Assembly (NCBI GenBank): GCA_001724265.1
Contig: MEDY01000008.1
Location: 62,001 to 126,000, forward strand
From: Rhizaria sp. SCN 62-66
Taxonomy: Eukaryota
Direction: 5' to 3'
Length of the DNA stretch: 64,000 bases
Of the stretch, positions 55,601 to 64,000 are shown one piece after another. How positions within the stretch are numbered: position 1 is the stretch's first letter; every line of letters begins with the position of its first letter. The notes below the pieces were generated by a model that worked only from the letters and a program-made list of their open reading frames with translations, did not search any database and had not been told where the DNA came from. The translations under genes were made by a program, and so were the position numbers.

Positions 55601-58600
55601 AAATTCGCCCGTTCCCCACTCGATTCACGAGTGCGCGTGTTAGAGCGATGGTGAGGGGGACGTTGTAGACGCAGCTTGCTCTGCTGAGCCATAGGATCAC
55701 CAGGAGTGACCGAGGATACACCAGTCCTAGAAGCGGTCGTCGACACTAAAGTCGAGGAGGAGGAGGAGGATGATGACGATGATGCCGATGACGAAGACGA
55801 CACAGCTCCTGATGCGCGGTTCAGCGCAGCGCGAGCCCGACGAGCCCGACGAGAAGTCACATTGAAACTATCAGTCTGAGTCGAGGCTAAGATCGCGGAT
55901 GCGGTACCTGCAGGGGCGGGCGTGGAAGTTGCAATAAGGCTCTCAAGCTCTTCGGCAGCGTTGGGGATCTCGCTCGGAGTAGGCCGCCAGCGGGCAGCGT
56001 ATGAAAGCACATGTAGCAGCTCAAACGCGCGCGCGTTACGCGATTTGAGCGCGGCCTGTAACAGACACGGCTCTGGAGCAGACGCTGTGGTCGAATCCAT
56101 TGCGGATGTCAATGTCTCACGAATCAAAGCAAGGTCGCCAGCAGAAACATTTGACGTCGCAGTTCTCGCGCGAGGATTAGTCATCGCAAGACCAGAGTGG
56201 GATGACTGGAGGGCGTGACGACCAACTGCAGAAGCTACCGCTGCGGTAAGGCGCGCAGCGGGACCTAAACAAAGTGTAACCCATCCAAGCTTGCGTTGGG
56301 GTCCTGCGGCTGCCGTAAGAGCAGCGGCACGAGCACGGGCAGAGCAGTTTGCACATGCACACTGAATACGCATGCCAATGCTGCCCTCATCTGGAGCGAT
56401 AGCGGAGTTGACAAAGGACGAATGCTGGCGACGCATTGTCGCTCCGTTTCCAGCACCTGTCTTTGTCTGCTTGGTACGCGTGTACAGAATTAAGGGCAAC
56501 TCCATCTGTGGAAAGAAATTGCTCGCACCAGGGATGACACCACCGCAATAGTTGGCGAATGCGACTTGCTCAGCGTAGTAACGAACAAAGTCCTCGGCGC
56601 GCTTGATATTGGAGGAGCGTAGAAGGCACAGCAAACACTGCGACAGAAGCGCAATAAAGGCGGACACAATAGCGGCGGACAAAATAATGCGCACCACGGC
56701 ATCCTCAGCAGAGTAAGAGCCCTGGAGGTTCTCGTTCTCACTGCGTGGTGCCTCGAAAAGAAACAACAACACACACGCCGCACATGCAAGCGCACCAACA
56801 GTTGTCGCAAAAATAATTGCAATGCGGCGCGTGAATGTCATGCGCGCAACAGAGACGCGACGCCAGAGTGAGTAAGCAACATGGCGACGACGCGAGAGAC
56901 GCGAAAACATCACTGTAACTGCTGAGCATAATGGCCTTGACCGCGGACCCCAAATCGACGCACTACGACTGCTGCGGCGAGCGGCGTCGGCTTTCTTACA
57001 GCTATTGCCATTGTTGTCCTCAACTTCGTCTTCAGTACAATCAGACTCATCACTGTCAAGATCCGAATCTGAATCCTCCCTGCTACTATTTTCCAAATCA
57101 TCAAGCTCAGACTGCAACTCGAGACCCAAAGCCTTTGCTGCGGCCGCAAGCGCACTGATATCGATGCTGGCGTACTCACCATCGCTGTCAAGCGCAGGCC
57201 TGTCACTACCACCGCCAGAAGGCGCGTCGCCATTCTTGGACGTGGTGTTATTGTTGTCATTCATCTCTGTGGTGTGCACGCTAGGACTGGAGTTTGTGGT
57301 TTTAGCCGGATGCTTACCGGCAAGGCTGCCTGTGCGCGGGCCGCTAGTATTACCCGACGATGGGCGCTGAGGACGCGGTGCACTTGAACGCTTTTTACTG
57401 CCGGAACGCGGCGAAACAGAAAACTTACCGATCGGCTCATTGGTGTCAATGGATAAGTCCCAACCGCGCGCCACCGCAGCTAGACATGCTTCATTCTCGG
57501 AGTTGTAGTTCACCGGAGGAAGTTGTTGCTGAGCAGTCTGCTGCTGTTGCTGCTGTTGTTCTAATTGTTGAATCATGAGCTGCTTCATTCGCATGCTTTG
57601 ATGAAGCACCTGTGTCATCACCTTTTGAAGTTGAATTTGAAGTTGCTGTTGCTGAACTGGCATTGTTGGAATTTCGGCAGTGCGCTGACTTGGTGGCGTC
57701 GGTGTGCGCGAACCTCCACTGCCACTGCTACGACTTCGCGGCCTCGAACGCGAGTGTTTCTTTTTGAACATCATCACGTTGTGAGATAATGCCTCCGTGT
57801 GATGCGTGTCGACGGGACGCGTGCGCGACCTACCTGCCGCTGCCGCAGCGGCGCTTGAAGGGGGCAGCGCAGCAGCAGATGCGAGTGAGGGTTTAAGCTC
57901 AATAGGGCCGTCTGCAGTCACTGCTAGAGTCGTCAATGCCGCTGGTGACTCAACCACAGGCGGGGCAAATGGTGGGGGCAATGGACCATCAACGCCAACG
58001 CGAGGTCCGGAGTGCGGATTGTGTTGCTGGTGTAGACCTGTCTCCGACCTATGCACAGCGACATCGTGGCTGTTTCTTCCGAGATCCAACAAAGGGAGTG
58101 CCGTCAACGGTTTGTGAGATACTGTCGTGGGAGACGAGAGTGAGTCACGTGGACCAAACATCGGCGATCCTGTCGCAGCTGCAACTGCTGACGCCTTCCT
58201 TGCGGCAGCAGCAACCTTTTTGGCAGTGGCTTCACTTGCGGCAGCCGCGGCGGCAAGCGCTGCAGGGTCCGTCTCGAGTGCCCACGGGTGGTTCGCGAGA
58301 TGACGTTTGTTCCACTTAAGCGCGGCTGAAAAGACACTGTTGCGGAGGGCCGCAGCATCACCAGAACTAGCAAACAGCAACGCAAGAAGAGATAACAGAA
58401 CAACAACTGTGACAATAATTATAGGGGCAATATTGTCTTTGAGCATGGCCACAGAGACACCAAATACTGTTTTCGCTCCTGACGACACAGGATAGGTAAG
58501 TTCAGGAACAGGATTAATTATGACAGCGTAAAGTCCTAGCCTTGTGCATGCACAGACTGTGCGCGTTGCAGATAGGCGCTTTGCGACTGTACACGAACTC

Positions 58601-61600
58601 GAATCCCAGTCCCGTTCCGAGCCAGCAATAGTGGAAACAGTACTTGATAAGACATTTGCAACTGAAGTTGTCGCTACCCAGCTGTTAGGACGGCTCACAC
58701 AGGTCACTTGTTGGCGCGAGTTGACGTTGCGATGCTCGACAGTAACATGCATGGGGGTATAAAGCAGAGTCCAAGAGTCCGAGTCAAGGAAACTTGTTAA
58801 ATTGCGCGGTGCGAACGTGGCAGTTGCTCTCGAAATAGACATATTGCGAGATCCAGTGGAGGCCAACATGTCGGCATCTAAGATAGTTGGCGAGAGATAC
58901 TCCTCAGAAATTGTGTTTGCCGAAGATGTGACAGCAGGGACGTCTTGAGAAGAGACAATACGGTCCGCACTTCCAGGATAAACATGGACGCTAAAAAGTC
59001 CTGATCGCACCCACAATGGCCACTGTGTTAAGTCAGACGTTTTAAACATCAACAAACCGATAACATCAAGTGAAACGCCCAGCTCAGCCAGCTCTGTGTC
59101 AGTCAGAGGGCTTTCGGAGGAATTTGCAGGACTAATCGTTAATATGTCTTCGGCAGTAAGTGACACCAGAGGCAGTGCTAAATCAGGAAAACCTGGAACA
59201 AGATTTGCGACACTCGCTGTGATGAAATGTACTGCAGAGGAGATATCGCTTGCAGTGTTAGTAGCAGTAGCGGCTGTTGCATTGGTTGTTTCGGTCGTGG
59301 GTTGTGTCGCGTTATTTGCAATCAGAGAAAACGCACCACCAGAGAAGAATCTGCATACCGCAATATCAGCACCCTCATAGCCGTTGAGTGCATGCATCGA
59401 CAACAATGACTCCGGAACTGTTGCGGAACCCGCAGTGTCATCGTCCGAAGGCGAATTGGTTGCAATTTCGCCGTTATTTACAAGACGAACACCATCCCAG
59501 TCGGCGCTAACTTCAACAAATGAAGTCTTCTGGGTTGGCACATGACGGGAAGCAGGCGGATCACTGTTAATCGACGCCGTGCTAAAGATAATGTTGGAGG
59601 TGTTGTAGGTAACATTCAGCGCGGTAATGTCGTTCCAGATTGGAACAATCGTTGCATCAACCTGCATCTGCGTTGATGAACGCAAGAAGGTAAATGCGAT
59701 AGCGCTATTGCCAACAACAACAGGGGATTCGTTGGTGACTTTACCGCGTAGCATCAATGCAGTAAACGATGGAACCAATGTTGTCAGGTGTTCAAGCATC
59801 GCGTCCATGACAGGACCCAATGTCATAAAACCGGATAGGCGTTGTGAGATGTACACACCGCTAGTGACTGTCGTGAGGGTTGAGTCAATGAGCACGGCGG
59901 AGTGACTTGTGCCGCTCTTGGCGAGAGCGATCACATGCCGTTTTTGGTATGCAAGGATGCGTTTCCACAAGGTCCATACAACTGTGAATGCATTCCAAGC
60001 GCCATCAGTAGGAACTGTCGAAGTGACAGCATCAGGGTGCATCGCAAAAAGGGCTGTAAGATTAACCGTTTGCAACAAGGAAACAGACGTGATGTTGACT
60101 ACGGTATTGTTACTCGAAAGCACACCAATGGCGCGCAAAGCAGATGCGAATTCTGCCCGGAGCAGACTCGCTTGACGCAAGCGCGGAATACTATTCACAC
60201 TGGCTGCCGTAGTATTCGACGACAACGTTGTCGTATTGCTTGACGTCACATTTGCTGCTGCAGTCGCTGCGAGCGCGTTGACCTCACTGACCGCAACATA
60301 AGCAAGGCTGGCAAAGTAGTTAACAAACATAACACCGAGTTGAGATCCCTTAAATGCAGTGGTCGCATTAGCAGTCGTCTTGAAGGCTCGTCGACCAGCT
60401 GATGTAGACGGCATCATTGAAGCTAGAGTAAGCGTCGCCATAACCGACTCAACGGGCTGTTCACTCTGTACGGAGGCATTCGAGTCAGACGTTAACGGCG
60501 TGTTACTTGTAAACATTGGCAACGACACGAGATTCTCCATGTTCGCAAACGAAACGTCAAGCTTGCCATCGAGAATCTCGTGTAATAAAGCAACAGCCAC
60601 TCCAAATCCAACCTGTGAACCAAGTTCTTGTGCGGATGCAATAAGGAGCGAAAATGATTGAATGATGTCCGACGCCCGTTGACTTGTTAGTGCAACCCGA
60701 GTCTCAGTGAGCAAGGTCTGAAAGCGTTCCTGCTTAGCGAGGCGTAGTGCTGCAGCCTGCTGCTCCTCCGTGTCCGTGGTGTCGACAGTATCCGTCGGCG
60801 CAGCAGGCAAAGTAAATGTAGTCCACGTGCTTACTCCCTGTGCGTCGACAGCCTCAACGAGGATCTGCACAGCACGGGAAAAGAGGCAGAAGTTACGGAC
60901 TGGATCGAGACGTGTCGAATGAAGCAGCACCTTCGGTAGGCGGCTCATCACTACAGGATCTGTAATAACTAACGCCGACGCAGTGCTGGCCGTTGACTGC
61001 GGAAGTGAAGCTGCAGAAAGATGCCAGCGAAACGACAAGGGCAGAACAGTCTCCGCCGTGGTGAACCCATAACAGCGCACTGCATGAACAGACTGACTAG
61101 TCGTCACCGATGGATCGACTTGACATCGTCCTGAGCTCGTCATCGGTGCCGTTACGACCGTCACGATCGCTGAATTAAGCGCACCAGGCAAGAGCGCTCC
61201 AGGAATCTTCTGGAGGTCCGCGGCAGCAAGAGCAGCGGCAGGTGGCGGTGAGCGTGGATAAGCAGAGTCAGCGGCAAAGATGTGAACGCGGAACGTGTAG
61301 ACTGTGTCAGGACTTAGCGCTGTTGCGTTAATAACAAGCGTCGTCATAGTGCGCTTGCCGACAGTCACATACGGGCCGGTCAGGTTGAGTTGTCCAGAAT
61401 CGCAGGTCCATAGCACCGCATAATTGCTATTTTTGGCTGCAACCTGCGCACTAAGCCTTAAGTGCTCTGTCGAGGGAAACACGCCCGCCGAGTACTGAGG
61501 GTGTGGGGCTGCAGCGGCGTTGATATAGTACTTGTTACCACGCTTGATAGTACCACCAAGCACAGCAGTTGAGATGCGGGAGTAGTCAGACGGGTAATAT

Positions 61601-64000
61601 GTGGTCACTGAAAAATAAATGGACACCGTAGCTTCAGGTCTCTGTCCAATAGTAGAAGCGCGCTCAACATCAGTCTCAGCAAGCGTGGCCATGATCTCGG
61701 GTGAGAGCGTGACACAGGACTGTGTGCTCTTCAAGGCGTTCGCACCGTCGCTTCCTGCAGCGAAACATGGCACCGATGCGTTTTGCAGTAATGCCCAGTC
61801 AGCCGTAAGCTGGAGTTGTGCCAACGACGAATTTGTGGCGAGATCTTGCTGCGTAAGCTCGGACCGCACTGTTGCGTTCAGTGAAACATACGTGTTGACC
61901 ATTGTTGGTGAGTGATATCGACGATAACACATCCAGGTGTAGACAAAAGCACTTGGATCTGTTGCTTCCAAGTCAGGATCGACAGTGCCGTTGGCGTAGA
62001 GAGTCAGTTTCTCATTTGGTGAAAGAGCAACACCACCATACTCAATAGTACTGCGTGTACCAATCACTGCTGCCGCAGTTGAAAACAGATGCTGTGAGGT
62101 CGTTGTAGCGGTGAGCTTTGAGGCTGTGTTGAATTCTGAGCGAAGAGAGAGTGTGCTGGAGACTTTAGCATCGCTGGTGTTTGGCTCGTAAACATAAGAG
62201 AACGACGACTCAAAAACACGGACGAGGGGGGAAGGCACGTTACCAGTGACATACCCTACAGCAACGGTCGGCGAGAACCGCTGTTGCGCAAGCGGACGAA
62301 GCGCAAGGTGTGTCAGGATGGGCATGCTTTTGATTGTGATCTTAATGCGCTCACAGACAGTCACATGCGTCCACACCGAACTCGGAAGCCCTGCAGTGAC
62401 GCACAGCCGGAATCTGTACGAAGCACCGGGTGGTAGCGTGAATGCCGGAATAAACAGCGCAGTTTGATTCAGCGTTGTGACGGTGGATGCGAACAAAGCA
62501 GGAAGCGTTTCATTGACGAGCGGGCCCCACTTATATGAGATAAACTCGTGCCCTGCTGCAGTTGAACAGGATGACAACGTGACAAGCGGAGTCACCGTGA
62601 TTGCATCTGCAGCAGCATACGTGTTGCTGCGGCCGGAAAGGATCGAGATTAGCGGTCCGTCCGCGGCAAGGCGCGTCACATTGACCGTGGCAACAAACTC
62701 GGAACCCAACCAATTTGTGACGCGGACAGAGAACGTTGCGGTTGTGCCTGCAGGAAGGAAGGTATCAACCTCCGTTGAGTTAAATTGAACTGTAAACACC
62801 GAGGCGGAACTTGTCAGTGTTGAAAACGGCGTATTGAGATTGGTGGGTGCGATACGGTTTAATAAGGTGTTAAATGCAGCCACAGCGGCACTGTTAGTAC
62901 CATTATTGACGAGCTCAAAATTCATCGACGGCATCATGCCAGCATGACCAATAATAGAACGCACGAGTAGAGTTAGTGGTGAACAGTTACCGATTGTTGA
63001 CGGCGCCGAAAGATCTGCAAACAAGCCCGGCAGAGACGCAGGCGCACGCACTGTTGCGGTGACTTGCGGCATAAAAGGCACCGAGTCATCGTCAATGTTT
63101 GCGTAGAGCGCAGAATTCGTGGCCGTCACAGCGGGCTTGATCACACCACCCTTAAAGGAGACAGTAGACACTGGTCGCAATGTAAAACCGGAGCCAAGGC
63201 GGATCCGAAAAACAGTAGGCGTGCGCCAGTGACATCCAGCGCTCGCCGTCTCACCCAAAAGATCTAATGTTGCCGTCACAAGCACATGCGTACATGTGTA
63301 AAACGTGCCACCAGTGTCGCGGACAGAGATGCCGTCTGCGTCAATGTACGTCGGCACCGGCTGCATGGTGGGGTACGTGAACGTAACGTCAACAAAAGAC
63401 CCAGCAGCGTCAAAATGCGCATCGGCAACGTTGCACATTGGAATACACATGATATCCTCGGCCCAACTGCCGGCCCACGTTATACCGGCGGAGGCGTTCG
63501 TCGCGTCAGACACGCGAGAACAGAGCGTGAACGACGTTGGATAGTAAACAAATCCACTCTTGCATGTGACATATGTTTCCGTGTCAATATCAAGCTCATC
63601 GGGACTCTTAGGGGAGGTGGGACCACCAATGATCGCCCCAGCGACATCAGAGTCGTCCCATATCTCGCCATCATCACTCATGTACGCAGCGCTATACATC
63701 GCAGAACGGGACTGATCAGAGACACCACTGACGCGTGACGCGCGGGGCTTAGAAGGGGCCACGAAGAACCCAATAGTGTGCAATTTTCCACCCCCCATCC
63801 CCCCGCCTGCGCCAGCATCGTTCGTGGCACCGCCCTCAAGTGTGGCGGGATCAACGACGTAAACCGTATTGTTCCAGCCAAGTGTATATGTAATCGAGAC
63901 CACACCAAGTCGCACACGCATGGCAGCGCAAGTTGGCTTCGGAACACACTGCGGCACATCCGGGCTCCATACTCCGCCAGTCTGACAGTACCGGTACATG
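50752..64000 (-). CDS. Giant polycystin-1-like adhesion/receptor protein (Sushi/CCP, REJ-like, GAIN/GPS, several TM helices), 5'-partial; ends at TAG 50782-50784, or at TAA 50752-50754 if TAG is sense
   Basis: Uninterrupted 4405-codon ORF. Sushi-like CQTGGVWSPDVPQC; REJ-like LFIPAFTLPPGASYRF, DPDL...FVYTWMC and LVINATALSPDTVYTFRV; GPS WDSSSCTV...TVCACTRLGLYAV followed by a TM helix; PKD1-like HVAYSLW...TFTRR-TM segment. Confidence 0.8.

Noticed and set aside
1-64000. tRNA (including a CUA suppressor), rRNA or snRNA genes
   Set aside because: None recognisable by eye; tRNAscan-SE or Infernal would be needed to exclude them.

Overview
Eukaryotic (protist-like, probably flagellated) nuclear DNA. 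It has GC-rich, low-complexity-rich exons, AT-rich intergenic regions and short GT-AG introns (about 105-190 nt), nearly all with a GTACG donor. About 12 protein-coding genes are present: a partial R3H-like gene, a low-complexity Q/RGG protein, a myristoylated EF-hand/PH/CAMK (CDPK7-like) kinase, a P5B ATPase, an MFS transporter, the HAS1/DDX18 helicase, a PSI/LEA_2-like membrane protein, a CFAP97-domain protein, a MYCBP2-type RING-Cys-relay E3 ligase, an LRR/coiled-coil protein, a small 4-TM protein and a partial giant Sushi-REJ-GPS polycystin-1-like gene. The main finding is in the E3 ligase gene (36864-42686), which the ORF track splits into pieces. Its main exon is one continuous 1476-codon frame interrupted only by four in-frame TAG codons, and its catalytic C-terminus is intact. 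The 11 gene ends I could resolve unambiguously are all TAA or TGA. The only apparent TAG terminus is followed 10 codons later by an in-frame TAA. This suggests UAG is read as a sense codon, either through a non-standard nuclear code (most simply Gln) or through editing/readthrough, while UAA and UGA remain stops. All family assignments come from motif recognition by eye; no searches were run.
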